Source: Burkholderiales bacterium
GTDB taxonomy: Bacteria; Pseudomonadota; Gammaproteobacteria; Burkholderiales; JBEEJL01
NCBI GenBank assembly: GCA_049695115.1
Contig: JBAVRP010000030.1
Span: forward strand, 905 to 64,904
Direction of reading: 5' to 3'
DNA: 64,000 bases
Part shown: in pieces, positions 31,113-40,956 of the stretch
Position numbering within the stretch: position 1 is the first letter of the stretch
How the letters are laid out: every line of letters starts with the position of its first letter
Notes under the pieces: model-generated
Seen by the model: the letters and a program-made list of their open reading frames with translations, nothing else
The model's database searches: none
Told to the model about the DNA's origin: nothing
Made by a program: the position numbers and the translations under genes

Positions 31113-31997
31113 ATGTTGAAACACCACTACGCCGATGTAAATAATATCCGCCTGCATTACGTCACGTCCGGCGAAACGAAAAACCGCAAGCTGATTTTAT
31201 TCGTTCATGGCTTTCCTGAATTCTGGTACGAGTGGGAAAACCAGTTACTGGAATTCGGCAAGGATTATTTCGCCGTCGCGCCGGATTTGCGCGGCTTTAA
31301 TCTTTCTTCTAAGCCAGCAGAAGTCAAACAATACCGCGCGCAAAACATAGTCGAAGATTTGCGCCAGCTTGCCGCGCAGCTTGGTTACGAAAAATTTATT
31401 CTGGTGGCGCATGATTGGGGAGGCGCAGCGGCGTGGCAAATGGCGATTGCCCATCCGCAATTGATTGAAAAACTGATTATTATCAATTCGCCTCACCCAA
31501 TGATGTTCCTGCGCGAGTTGGTGCACAATGCGGCGCAGCAGACCGCCAGCGCATATATGAATTTTTTTCGCACCGACAAAGCAGAAGCGACGCTGCAGGA
31601 AAATAATTACGCGCGCTTGTGCGGCATGATGACCAAGTGGGGTAATAATGCGTGGTTCACCGATGCCTTAAAAACCAAGTATATCGAGGCCTGGTCGCAA
31701 CCCGGCGCGCTGACTGGCGGGCTGAATTATTATCGCGCCACGCCCATGTATCCGCCGACGGAAACTGATCCAGGGCCGAAGGCTTTGCATCTCGATCCGG
31801 CACAATTTCACGTGCGCGTGCCGACCTTGGTCATCTGGGGCGAGCAAGATGTGGCCCTGCTTGCGACTAATCTTGATGGTTTGGAACAATATGTCAGCGA
31901 CCTGACGATTAAACGTATTCCTGACGGCTCTCATTGGGTGATCCACGAACATCCGGATTTGGTGAACCAAACTATGCGTGAATTTATTAATAAATAA
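31113..31997 (+). CDS. alpha/beta hydrolase (epoxide-hydrolase-like)
   Basis: 294 aa. HGFPEFWYEW and AHDWGG nucleophile motif. Confidence 0.85.
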   Translation: MLKHHYADVNNIRLHYVTSGETKNRKLILFVHGFPEFWYEWENQLLEFGKDYFAVAPDLRGFNLSSKPAEVKQYRAQNIVEDLRQLAAQLGYEKFILVAHDWGGAAAWQMAIAHPQLIEKLIIINSPHPMMFLRELVHNAAQQTASAYMNFFRTDKAEATLQENNYARLCGMMTKWGNNAWFTDALKTKYIEAWSQPGALTGGLNYYRATPMYPPTETDPGPKALHLDPAQFHVRVPTLVIWGEQDVALLATNLDGLEQYVSDLTIKRIPDGSHWVIHEHPDLVNQTMREFINK

Positions 31998-32034
31998 TTG
32001 TTTCATTACTATTTGATTATATTAAGGATAATGA

Positions 32035-33009
32035 ATGAAAGCCATGCTGTGCAAACAATTCGGCCCGCCGGAATCTTTAGTGTTGGAAGACGTGCCCGCG
32101 TTAAAAGCAGACAAAGATAAAGTCGTCATCGACGTAAAAGCTTGCGGCGTAAATTTCCCCGACACGCTGATTATCCAAAATAAATATCAGTTCAAACCTG
32201 AGTTGCCTTTCTCACCCGGCGGCGAAGTCGCGGGCGTGGTGAAACAAATCGGTGAAGGCGTGACGAACGTGAAAGTCGGCGACCGCGTGATTGCGTTCAC
32301 TGGCTGGGGCGGCTTTGCCGAGGAAGTCGTCACCGACGCCGCGCGTTTGATTCCGATTCCCGACGGGATGGACTTCCCCACTGCATCGGCGTTCGTCATG
32401 ACCTACGGTACCTCGCACCACGCGCTGAAAGACCGCGCGAATATCCAACCGGGCGAAACTTTACTCGTTCTCGGCGCAGCGGGCGGCGTCGGCCTCGCTG
32501 CAGTGGAGCTGGGCAAAATCATGGGCGCGAAAGTAATCGCCGCCGCATCGACTGAAGACAAACTCGCGGTGTGCAAACAACATGGTGCGGATGAACTGAT
32601 TAATTACGCCACGCAGGATTTGCGCGAACGCATCAAGGAAATCACAGGGGGCAAAGGCATAGATGTGATTTACGATGCGGTCGGCGGCACCTACACCGAG
32701 GCCGCGCTGCGCAGCATGGCGTGGAAAGGCCGCTTGCTCGTGGTCGGTTTCGCCGCCGGCGACATTCCGAAAATTCCGCTCAACCTCACCCTGCTCAAAG
32801 GCTGCTCCATTGTCGGTGTATTCTGGGGCGACTTCACTAAACGCGAACCGAAAAACAACGCCGCCAGCTTGCGCGAATTAGGTATGTGGTTCATGCAAGG
32901 TAAGCTCAAGCCGCATATTTCTGCGACTTATCCGTTAGCGCGCGCAGCAGATGCGTTGAACGATATGATGAATCGTAAGGTAATGGGAAAAGTGGTTCTG
33001 GTACCCTGA
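32035..33009 (+). CDS. NADPH:quinone oxidoreductase family (MDR) protein
   Basis: 324 aa. Zeta-crystallin-like. GAAGGVGLAAVELGK cofactor motif. Confidence 0.9.
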   Translation: MKAMLCKQFGPPESLVLEDVPALKADKDKVVIDVKACGVNFPDTLIIQNKYQFKPELPFSPGGEVAGVVKQIGEGVTNVKVGDRVIAFTGWGGFAEEVVTDAARLIPIPDGMDFPTASAFVMTYGTSHHALKDRANIQPGETLLVLGAAGGVGLAAVELGKIMGAKVIAAASTEDKLAVCKQHGADELINYATQDLRERIKEITGGKGIDVIYDAVGGTYTEAALRSMAWKGRLLVVGFAAGDIPKIPLNLTLLKGCSIVGVFWGDFTKREPKNNAASLRELGMWFMQGKLKPHISATYPLARAADALNDMMNRKVMGKVVLVP

Positions 33010-33019
33010 TAGGATAAAT

Positions 33020-33619
33020 ATGAAACTCTACGGCGACCTAAAATCCGGCAACTGTTATAAAGTCTCACTGCTGTTAAAACAGCTCGGCACTAAACATGAA
33101 TTCGTCAAAATCGACATCATGAAAGGCGAAACGCGCACACCCGAATTCATCACTAAAAGTGCCAACGGTCAAATCCCTTTGCTGGAAATTTCGCCCGGGC
33201 AATATTTGCCGGAATCAGACGCGATCATGTGGTACCTCGCTGACGGCACACCATTTTTACCCGAAGATAAATTCCAGCGTGCGCAAGTGTTGCAATGGCT
33301 GTTCTTCGAGCAATACAGCCACGAGCCGCATATCGCCACGGCGAGATTCATCAAAGTATATTTAGGTAATCCGCCGGAGCGCCAAGCCGACCTATTGCAA
33401 AAAGCCAAGCGTGGTTATGAGGCGCTGGATGTAATGGAAAAACATCTGGCATCGAATAAATTTTTCGTCGGCGGACGTTACAGCATCGCCGATATCGGTT
33501 TGTACGCTTATACGCATGTCGCGCACGAAGGCGGTTTTGATCTGGCGCCCTATCCTTATATCAATGCGTGGTTGGCACGAGTGAAAGCGCAGCAGAATTA
33601 TTTAGAGATGACAGGGTAG
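33020..33619 (+). CDS. glutathione S-transferase
   Basis: 199 aa. GST N- and C-domains (GQIPLLEI, ESDAIMWYL). Confidence 0.85.
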   Translation: MKLYGDLKSGNCYKVSLLLKQLGTKHEFVKIDIMKGETRTPEFITKSANGQIPLLEISPGQYLPESDAIMWYLADGTPFLPEDKFQRAQVLQWLFFEQYSHEPHIATARFIKVYLGNPPERQADLLQKAKRGYEALDVMEKHLASNKFFVGGRYSIADIGLYAYTHVAHEGGFDLAPYPYINAWLARVKAQQNYLEMTG

Positions 33620-34176
33620 CTTTTGTAGAGTGCGCCGTGCGCACGCTTAAGGCTCCAGATCAGTCGCCGATGTTCGCAAACCAAATGACTAAGCTCCTTC
33701 CCCTGGCAGGGGAAGGTTGGGATGGAGTTGAAAATTCTACTGCATCACTAATGATGGTGCTCAGATGAACCTTTGCCGGGGGTGATGGCCGCGCCACGGT
33801 GAGCGCAGCTTCGTGGCGGGCGCGGCCATCGGCGCATTGTTCACCACTTTATTTATTGCGGCCACCCGCTGCACCGTTCCCGCCCCTTCGCTGCGCGCTC
33901 CGATGAACGGTGCGCCCCGGCGGCTAGTCACTTTTCTTGCTTCGCCAAGAAAAGTGACCAAAAGAAGGCGAGCCCTCCGCGCCGCTTTTTGTTTTTGTTT
34001 TTTTGTCGCCGCTATTTTTGCTGCCTATCGGGCGGCGAGAATACTCGCTTTCACTTTCAATTGAAACCTGAAACACCGCGTTGCTCAAACAGGTTCTCGC
34101 CGACGGCCCCCTACAGGCAGCAAAAATATCGTCGGCGCAGAAGGTGCGTTTTTCACTCTTCGAATAACTACAAAGT
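33620..34176. repeat. 557-bp non-coding pile-up of several REP/MITE families
   Basis: Contains REP-A (33624-33650), CCTTCCCCTGGCAGGGGAAGGTTGGGATGG, a 12-bp inverted repeat GATGGCCGCGCC..GGCGCGGCCATC, and the palindrome GTCACTTTTCTTGCTTCGCCAAGAAAAGTGAC. Only low-complexity shadow ORFs are present. Confidence 0.75.
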
Positions 34177-35259
34177 TTAATTTGTAGAGTGCGTGGGCGC
34201 GTCACTCACCACATCCCGCCACACCGAAGTCAGCGCCGCCATGATCGCCGGGCCGAGAAATAGCCCAATCAAGCCTAATGTTTCAAGCCCGCCAAGAATA
34301 CCCAACAACACCCACAGAAATGGCAACTTGGCTGAGCCGCCAATCAATGCGGGGCGGATGAAATGATCGGCGATAAATAACACCGTGCCACCGAACGCGG
34401 CGAGGCCGATCGCTGCAGTAACGCTGCCTTGTGCGAATAACACCAACGCTGCACCACCGAAAATGATTGGTGCGGCAAAGGGAATCATCGCGAGCAAACC
34501 GGTCAGCGCACCGAGCATGGCGGCGTGCGGCAAACCGCACACGGCATATGCAATGCCGAGCAACACGCCCTCGCCCAAGCCGACTAACACCAAGCCATTC
34601 ACAGTTGCTTGCACAGCGGACACTGTATGTTCGCCGTAGCGCACGCCAGCGTCCCCTAATGCGCGATGTGCCAGATGCGATAGCTCTTGTGCCAACTGAT
34701 GCCCATCACGATAGAGAAAAAATAATGTCACCAAGGCAAAACCCAACATCGCGCTGCGATGAAGTAATTGCACGCCAAAAATTTTGCTCCACTCGACTAC
34801 TTTGCCCGGTTCGATCTGTTCGAGTAATTCTTTTGCGGCGGCAGGCTCTACCAGATTCGCTGTCCACCATTCGACGGCTTTGGCTCCGACAAACGGAATA
34901 CGGGCAACCCAATCGGGCACTGCCATACCGTTGCTTTGTATGCCTGCCGCCATTTGCACTAATGATTGCGCTTCTTTCGTCAATTGAATGGCGGCGTAAG
35001 CCAACGGCACGATGAGCAATGCGCTGACGATCAAGCTGAATAACGCCGGAGCCCAAGCAGAAAATTTAGTTGGCAGATAACTGATGAATTTTTTATACAA
35101 AGGCCATGTCGCGATGGCGATCACCACCGCCCATGCGAGCGCGATGAGGAAACCGTGCAGCAACCAGATGCCGAGTAATAATAAAGCGGAACCAGCGACG
35201 ATTCTTGCAGTGTATTGGGAGGGCGATAATTTGGTTGAAAGCGTGTTTATATCTTCCAT
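34177..35259 (-). CDS. AI-2E family transporter (PerM-like permease)
   Basis: 360 aa, polytopic. C-terminal GLIGLFLGPAIMA motif. The last ~8 codons are contributed by a REP-A copy (34183-34205). Confidence 0.85.
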   Translation of the reverse strand: MEDINTLSTKLSPSQYTARIVAGSALLLLGIWLLHGFLIALAWAVVIAIATWPLYKKFISYLPTKFSAWAPALFSLIVSALLIVPLAYAAIQLTKEAQSLVQMAAGIQSNGMAVPDWVARIPFVGAKAVEWWTANLVEPAAAKELLEQIEPGKVVEWSKIFGVQLLHRSAMLGFALVTLFFLYRDGHQLAQELSHLAHRALGDAGVRYGEHTVSAVQATVNGLVLVGLGEGVLLGIAYAVCGLPHAAMLGALTGLLAMIPFAAPIIFGGAALVLFAQGSVTAAIGLAAFGGTVLFIADHFIRPALIGGSAKLPFLWVLLGILGGLETLGLIGLFLGPAIMAALTSVWRDVVSDAPTHSTN

Positions 35260-35296
35260 TGTAACCTATTGATTATATTTAATTATTCTACGTTTG

Positions 35297-35436
35297 GCGT
35301 AGCGTGCGCGGTGCGCACGCTACAAAAACAGATCCTTCGCTTCGCTCAGGATGACAAGACGTTTTGTCATTCTGAACGCAGTGAGGAATCTGCTGTTGAT
35401 TTCCTCCCCGATTACGCTGCGCTTCATCCAGGCTAC
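35297..35436. repeat. Cluster of three REP/MITE units (REP-A; GTCATTCTGA-type hairpin; half TGTAGCC-type unit)
   Basis: gcgtagcgtgcgcggtgcgcacgctac at 35297-35323. Hairpin ccttcgcttcgctcaggatgacaa/ttgtcattctgaacgcagtgaggaatc at 35331-35392. cgcttcatccaggctac at about 35420-35436. Confidence 0.75.
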
Positions 35437-37097
35437 TTAGCTTTCGCTTGTTCCTTCTCCTGCAACAAACGCCATTGCACCTTGCCCGTCGCGGTTTTCG
35501 GCAGCACGTCGGCGAATTCGACGATGCGCGGATATTTGTAGGCGGCCATGTTTTCTTTGCACCAATCGATGATCTGTTGTTCTCTGACTTTGCCCTTGCT
35601 AGCATCTTTCAACACGACCACGGCTTTCACCGTTTCACCGCGATGCGCGTCTTGGGCGGCGATGACGCAGGCTTCCTGCACGGCGGGATGGGCGAACATC
35701 ATCAGTTCGACTTCGGCTGGCCACACTTTATAACCGGAGGCGTTGATCATGCGTTTTAATCTATCAACAATGAAAAAATAACCTTCGTCATCGACGCGGC
35801 CCAGATCGCCGGTGCGGAAAAACGCTTTGCCTTTAAATTGTACAAAGCTGGCTTTGGTCGCTTCAGGATTATTCCAATAGCCTTTGAATACCTGCGGCCC
35901 GTGGCTGATGATTTCGCCGACTTCGCCCTGCGGCAATTCCTGCAGTGTGTCGGGATTAACCACGTAGGATTCGGTGTTGAGTATGGGAATGCCCAGACAT
36001 TGGCGCTTGGGGTTGTCGGTCGGATTACTGTGCGTAGGCGCGGCGGTTTCTGTCAGGCCGTAGCCTTCGAAATATTTCAACCCGGTGAGTTCGAATAATC
36101 TTTTCGCCACCGCTTCGGGCATGGCTGCACCGCCGCCGCCGATGCTGCGCAGGCTGCTGAAATCAAAACTGTTCACATTGGGGCTGCCGAGCATGTCGAT
36201 CACCATGGTCGGAATATTGGTCCAAGTGGTGACTTTCTCTTTAGCGATTAACGTCGCCGCCAGCTCGCGATCCCAGCGCGTCATGATGACCATTTTGCTA
36301 CCGATAAAAATCGGCGCGTTCATCAACACCTGCATACCCGTGATATGAAAAAACGGCACGACCGCCAAGGACGAATCTTCCGCCGTGCCGCCCGACCACA
36401 CGCCATACAGTGATGCAGTCGCCATCAAAGAACGGTGCGTATGCACGCAACCTTTGGGCTTGCCAGTCGTGCCGGAGGTGTAAGGCATGGCGCAGATATC
36501 ATCGGGCAATGCTTGCGCAGGCGCGGGTGTCCGTTTGGCCGCTAGCGCGTCGCGCCACAAAGTCACGCCCGCAATATTCGGGTTTTGCGTCGGCATGCGG
36601 ATGAAGTCGGGTACACTGGGATCGCTTTGGTCGGCGACATATTCGCCATAATTGGCGACGATCATTTTATCCAGCCCCTGCCCCAGCAACGGCCCGATAC
36701 GCGGAAATAATTCCTGGCCGCAAATCGCTACGCGCGCGCCGGAATCGCTGACATAATGTTTGAGTTCTTCGGTCAGGTTCATCGGGTTCACGGGCACCAC
36801 CACGGCATCGGCGCGCAAAATCGCGTAATAAGCGATGACAAACTGAGGGCTGTTTTGCATATACAAAATCACCCGTTCGCCTTTTTTCACGCCGCAATCT
36901 TGTTGCAAATAACCGGCGAGTTGTTCTGCTTGTGCTTTCAACTCAGCATAAGTCATGCTCGCGCCATAATATGAAATCGCGTGCTTATTCGGATAACGCG
37001 CAGCCGATACTTCAAGGTTGTAATAAAGTGTGGTCTCAGGCAGCGCGAGTTGGCGCGGCACGCCTCTAGGCCAAAAATCGAAATGGCGAGCTTGCAT
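35433..37097 (-). CDS. long-chain fatty acid--CoA ligase (AMP-binding enzyme)
   Basis: 554 aa. AMP-binding motif YTSGTTGKPKG, plus GYGLTE and TGDLGRVDDEGY. Confidence 0.93.
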   Translation of the reverse strand: MQARHFDFWPRGVPRQLALPETTLYYNLEVSAARYPNKHAISYYGASMTYAELKAQAEQLAGYLQQDCGVKKGERVILYMQNSPQFVIAYYAILRADAVVVPVNPMNLTEELKHYVSDSGARVAICGQELFPRIGPLLGQGLDKMIVANYGEYVADQSDPSVPDFIRMPTQNPNIAGVTLWRDALAAKRTPAPAQALPDDICAMPYTSGTTGKPKGCVHTHRSLMATASLYGVWSGGTAEDSSLAVVPFFHITGMQVLMNAPIFIGSKMVIMTRWDRELAATLIAKEKVTTWTNIPTMVIDMLGSPNVNSFDFSSLRSIGGGGAAMPEAVAKRLFELTGLKYFEGYGLTETAAPTHSNPTDNPKRQCLGIPILNTESYVVNPDTLQELPQGEVGEIISHGPQVFKGYWNNPEATKASFVQFKGKAFFRTGDLGRVDDEGYFFIVDRLKRMINASGYKVWPAEVELMMFAHPAVQEACVIAAQDAHRGETVKAVVVLKDASKGKVREQQIIDWCKENMAAYKYPRIVEFADVLPKTATGKVQWRLLQEKEQAKAK

Positions 37098-37251
37098 GTT
37101 CTTCTCCTCGGCTGCGGTTTACATTTTATGAATTGAGTATAACGATGGGGTGGGTGCAGGTCAAAGCTGCTGCGCAGCAAGGCCAATTGCGCCAAATTTG
37201 GAAAGCAGCTACAGTCCTGATGCACATTCAACCTCCTTATATAAAGAAACC

Positions 37252-38043
37252 ATGGAACTCAAAAATGCAGTTGTCATCGTAACCGGATCCTCCAGCGGCG
37301 TAGGCGCTGCATGCGCGATGTTATTGGCAAAAAAAGGCAGCCGTGTAGTCATCAATTACAGCACAAGCAAGGCAGATGCCGAAGCCGTCGCGCAGCAAGT
37401 CATTGCCAATGGCGGCCACGCCATCGTGGTACAAGGCAACGTCGCCATCGACGCTGATTGCCGCCGCATGGCGCAGGCGGCATTGGACAAATGGGGCCGC
37501 ATCGACGGCTTGATTAACAACGCAGGCAAAACCAAGTTCGTCGATCACAATAAACTGGAAGAACTCGACGCGCAGGATTTTATCGACATCTATTCAGTCA
37601 ATGTCATCGGTGCATTCCAAATGGTGCGCGCCTGCGCGGAAGCTATGCGCAAACAAGGTCGCGGCGCGGTGGTGAACATGTCGTCCATCGCCGGCATGAT
37701 GGGCAACGGCTCATCGGTCGCCTATTCGGCATCAAAAGGTGCGCTCAACACGATGACCAAATCTTTGGCACGGGCGTTGGGGCCGGAAATCCGCGTCAAT
37801 GCCGTGTGCCCCGGCTTCATCGAAGGTCGCTGGCTGAAACAAGGATTGGGCGCGGACCGCTACGAAAAATTTCGCCGGCAATACATCGATACCACGCCAC
37901 TACACGCCACCGCAACGCCGGACGATGTGGCGGGCGTGGCCATATGGTTACTCGAGGGCGCGGGATTGGTGACGGGGGAAACCATTCTGGTGGACGGCGG
38001 TTTGCACCTGGGAGACGCTCCGCTGCGGCCAAAGAAACCATAA
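37252..38043 (+). CDS. SDR family oxidoreductase
   Basis: Start at MELKNAVVIVTGSSSGVG (ATG 37252). YSASK motif. The track ORF's N-terminal extension from 37150 is rejected. Confidence 0.85.
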   Translation: MELKNAVVIVTGSSSGVGAACAMLLAKKGSRVVINYSTSKADAEAVAQQVIANGGHAIVVQGNVAIDADCRRMAQAALDKWGRIDGLINNAGKTKFVDHNKLEELDAQDFIDIYSVNVIGAFQMVRACAEAMRKQGRGAVVNMSSIAGMMGNGSSVAYSASKGALNTMTKSLARALGPEIRVNAVCPGFIEGRWLKQGLGADRYEKFRRQYIDTTPLHATATPDDVAGVAIWLLEGAGLVTGETILVDGGLHLGDAPLRPKKP

Positions 38044-38073
38044 TTTATTCAATATCATCAAATAATTATAATC

Positions 38074-39528
38074 ATGTCTATAGCTTACAAATCAGCGCAT
38101 GAATTAGCGCGCAAGATCCACAGTAAACAAATCAGCAGCCGCGATCTGCTCGAGCAGTACCTGACTCGGATTGAAAAATTTAACCCCGCATTGAATGCAG
38201 TAGTGACATTGGCAGCCGACGGCGCGCGCGCGACTGCTGACGCCGCCGATACAGCACTAGTTCGCGGCGACAGCGTCGGCCCACTGCATGGCGTGCCGAT
38301 GACAATCAAGGATACGTTTGAGCTTTCCGGTGTGCGCACTACTGCGGGCGCAAAACAATACGAGAAATATGTGCCGCAAAATACCGCTGTCGCGATTCAG
38401 CGGCTGATGCATGCCGGCGCGGTGATCATGGGCAAAACCAACGTGCCGGAATACGCTTCCGACCTGCAAAGCTATAACGCGATTTTTGGCATCACCAACA
38501 ACCCGTGGGATATCACGCGTACACCAGGCGGATCTTCCGGCGGTGCGGCGGCGGCAGTGGCTGCCGGTTTGGCTGCGCTGGAATTCGGCAGCGACATCGG
38601 CGGATCAATTCGCACGCCGGCGCATTTCTGCGGCATATACGGCCACAAACCGACATGGGGCATCGTGCCATCGCGGGGACATATTCCCGGCCCGCCAGGC
38701 ACGCTGGCGGAAGCGGACCTTGCCGTGATGGGCCCGCTGGCGCGCAGCGCGGAAGACCTGGCATTGGCGCTCAACATCACCGCCGGACCGCTGGAAGACA
38801 AGGCCATCGCGTGGAAACTGCAGCTGCCGCAGCCGCGTCACAGAGAATTGCAACAATTCAAAGTCGCTGCCTGGCTGTATGACGACCGCTTTCCACTCGA
38901 TGTGCCGGTACGAATGCAACTGGAACAAACCGTTGCTTCATTGCGCACCGCAGGCGTGCAGGTAAATGACGCAAAACCGGAATTTACCCTCGGCAAAGCT
39001 TTCAACGATTACCTGCGGCTGCTGTGGCCAGTGAGCATGGCAGGATTGCCTGCGACTACATTTCAGGCATTTGTAGATGAAGCCGGTTCTTTGAAAGCCG
39101 ATGATGAAAGCCCGCGCGCGCATATGTTGCGTTTCTCCACAATTCATCACCGTGATTGGCTGCGCGCCAACGAAGCGCGCGAACATTACCGCGCCAAGTG
39201 GGGGTCGTTTTTCCGCGAATACGATGTGCTGCTGTGTCCTGTCAACCCGGTGTGTGCCTTCCCTCACGACCACAGCACAGACCTGATCAATCGCAGCATC
39301 AGCATCAACGGTAAGCCGCATTCGTATTGGTCGCAACTGGCGTGGATCAGCCTGGCGACCATGGCACACTTGCCCGCCACCGTCGCACCGACAGGCCTTG
39401 CTTCAAACGGTTTGCCAGTGGGAATACAAATCATCGGGCCTTATCTGGAAGACTACACGACGATAGAGTTTGCGCGGCTGATGGCTGAAGTAACCGGCGG
39501 CTTTGTTCCACCACCGAATTTTAACTAG
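38074..39528 (+). CDS. amidase (amidase-signature family)
   Basis: 484 aa. GGSSGGAAAAVAAG signature and the Ser-cisSer-Lys context. Confidence 0.9.
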   Translation: MSIAYKSAHELARKIHSKQISSRDLLEQYLTRIEKFNPALNAVVTLAADGARATADAADTALVRGDSVGPLHGVPMTIKDTFELSGVRTTAGAKQYEKYVPQNTAVAIQRLMHAGAVIMGKTNVPEYASDLQSYNAIFGITNNPWDITRTPGGSSGGAAAAVAAGLAALEFGSDIGGSIRTPAHFCGIYGHKPTWGIVPSRGHIPGPPGTLAEADLAVMGPLARSAEDLALALNITAGPLEDKAIAWKLQLPQPRHRELQQFKVAAWLYDDRFPLDVPVRMQLEQTVASLRTAGVQVNDAKPEFTLGKAFNDYLRLLWPVSMAGLPATTFQAFVDEAGSLKADDESPRAHMLRFSTIHHRDWLRANEAREHYRAKWGSFFREYDVLLCPVNPVCAFPHDHSTDLINRSISINGKPHSYWSQLAWISLATMAHLPATVAPTGLASNGLPVGIQIIGPYLEDYTTIEFARLMAEVTGGFVPPPNFN

Positions 39529-39556
39529 CGTCATTCCCGCGCAGGCGGGAATCCAG
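39529..39556. repeat. REP unit CGTCATTCCCGCGCAGGCGGGAATCCAG
   Basis: Palindrome TCCCGC-gcag-GCGGGA read directly. This is a widespread proteobacterial REP type. Confidence 0.65.
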
Positions 39557-39576
39557 TAAACAAAAAAGGAAACATC

Positions 39577-40332
39577 ATGTTTGATCTCACCGGCAAAGTC
39601 GCCCTCATCACCGGCTCCACTCGCGGCATCGGCAAATCCATCGCTGAAGAAATGGCGCGCGCGGGCGCCAAAGTCGTCATTTCCAGCCGCAAAAAAGACG
39701 CGTGTGACGCGGTGGCAAAACAAATCAACGACGCAGGCCACGAAGCCCTCGCCGTGCCGTGCAATATTTCCTACAAAGAAGAATTGCAAAAACTGGTCGA
39801 TATCACAATGGAGAAATGGGGACGCATCGACTCGCTGGTGTGCAACGCGGCGATCAACCCCGTCTATGGTCCGATGTCGCAAGTCAGCGACGAAGCATTC
39901 GACAAAGTCATGGGCACCAATCTACGCAGCAACTTCTGGCTGATCAACATGGTCGCGCCGCAAATGGCCGCACGCAAAGACGGCAGCATCATTATCGTCT
40001 CCAGCATCGCCGCGCTGCACGGCAACGCCGTTATCGGCGTATATGGCATTTCGAAAGCCGCCGACGCCGGACTCGCGCGCAATCTGGCAGTCGAATGGGG
40101 TCCGCAAAATATTCGCGTCAACTGCATCGCGCCGGGTTTGATTAAAACCGATTTCGCCCGCGCATTATGGGAAGATGAAAAAATGCGCAAGGCAACGGAA
40201 ATGAAAACGCCGTTGCGCAGAATCGGCGAACCGGAAGACATCGGCGGTATCGCCGTGTTTCTCGCCAGCAAGGCCGGAGCGTATATCACCGGACAAATGA
40301 TCGTCGCGGATGGCGGCGTGACCATTGCATAA
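39577..40332 (+). CDS. SDR family oxidoreductase
   Basis: 251 aa. TGSTRGIG and YGISK motifs. Confidence 0.85.
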   Translation: MFDLTGKVALITGSTRGIGKSIAEEMARAGAKVVISSRKKDACDAVAKQINDAGHEALAVPCNISYKEELQKLVDITMEKWGRIDSLVCNAAINPVYGPMSQVSDEAFDKVMGTNLRSNFWLINMVAPQMAARKDGSIIIVSSIAALHGNAVIGVYGISKAADAGLARNLAVEWGPQNIRVNCIAPGLIKTDFARALWEDEKMRKATEMKTPLRRIGEPEDIGGIAVFLASKAGAYITGQMIVADGGVTIA

Positions 40333-40335
40333 AAG

Positions 40336-40443
40336 ACTATGTCATTCTGGATGTAACGAAGAATCTGTTTTCCCTTCAGGCTGTTACGGCTCTCAAATGC
40401 ACCGAAAACAAAAACAGATTCTTCGCTATCGCTCAGAATGACA
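40336..40443. repeat. MITE-like hairpin element (TGTCATTCTGGATGTAACGAAGAATCTGTTTT ... AAAACAGATTCTTCGCTATCGCTCAGAATGACA)
   Basis: Long imperfect terminal inverted repeats were read directly. Same family as the unit at 35331-35392. Confidence 0.75.
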
Positions 40444-40476
40444 GGTTATTTAACCATATAATTATATTAAACAATT

Positions 40477-40908
40477 ATGCCGCGCGCTGATTTTCATTTC
40501 ACTCATCCACTGCGGGTCCGCTGGGCCGAAGTGGATAGACAAGGCATCGTATTCAACGGCCACTATCTCACTTACTTCGACATAGGCATAACTGAATACT
40601 GGCGCGCGCTGGGCTTCCCTTATCCGGAAGGATTGATTTCCCAAGGCAGCGATTTGTATGTAAAAAAAGCCTCCGTCGAATATCACGCCTCGGCCGAATA
40701 CGACGACATGATAGACATCTGTGTCCGCGTCGCGCGCATCGGCAATTCGAGTATGCAATTTCTGCTGGAGATCTATCGCGGTGAAACATTATTGGTGAAT
40801 GGCCAAGTCGTATACGTCAACGCCGATCCGGCGACACGTAAAGCAGTCAGCGTGCCGAAAACGCTACGCGATGCAATTGGTAAATTGGAAAATCTGCAAT
40901 CGGGTTAG
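40477..40908 (+). CDS. acyl-CoA thioesterase (YbgC/4HBT hotdog family)
   Basis: 143 aa. RVRWAEVDRQGIVFNGHYLTYFD contains the catalytic Asp motif. Confidence 0.85.
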   Translation: MPRADFHFTHPLRVRWAEVDRQGIVFNGHYLTYFDIGITEYWRALGFPYPEGLISQGSDLYVKKASVEYHASAEYDDMIDICVRVARIGNSSMQFLLEIYRGETLLVNGQVVYVNADPATRKAVSVPKTLRDAIGKLENLQSG

Positions 40909-40956
40909 AATGCCGGATTGATTTTTCTGCTGGCCAACCAGCGCTAGGCACTTAAC

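Noticed and set aside
33568-35605. ORFs in the 33.6-34.2 kb and 35.27-35.6 kb gaps (33568-33768, 33761-33961, 33813-34064, 33924-34205, 35269-35541, 35288-35605), and likewise 49034-49324 and 49134-49355.
   Set aside because: They are composed of REP/MITE sequence. Peptides such as VTFLASPRKVTKRR, CHSERSEESA and LPFKGRVGLGWVGLGMG are characteristic read-throughs of these repeats. None has a start context or domain signal.
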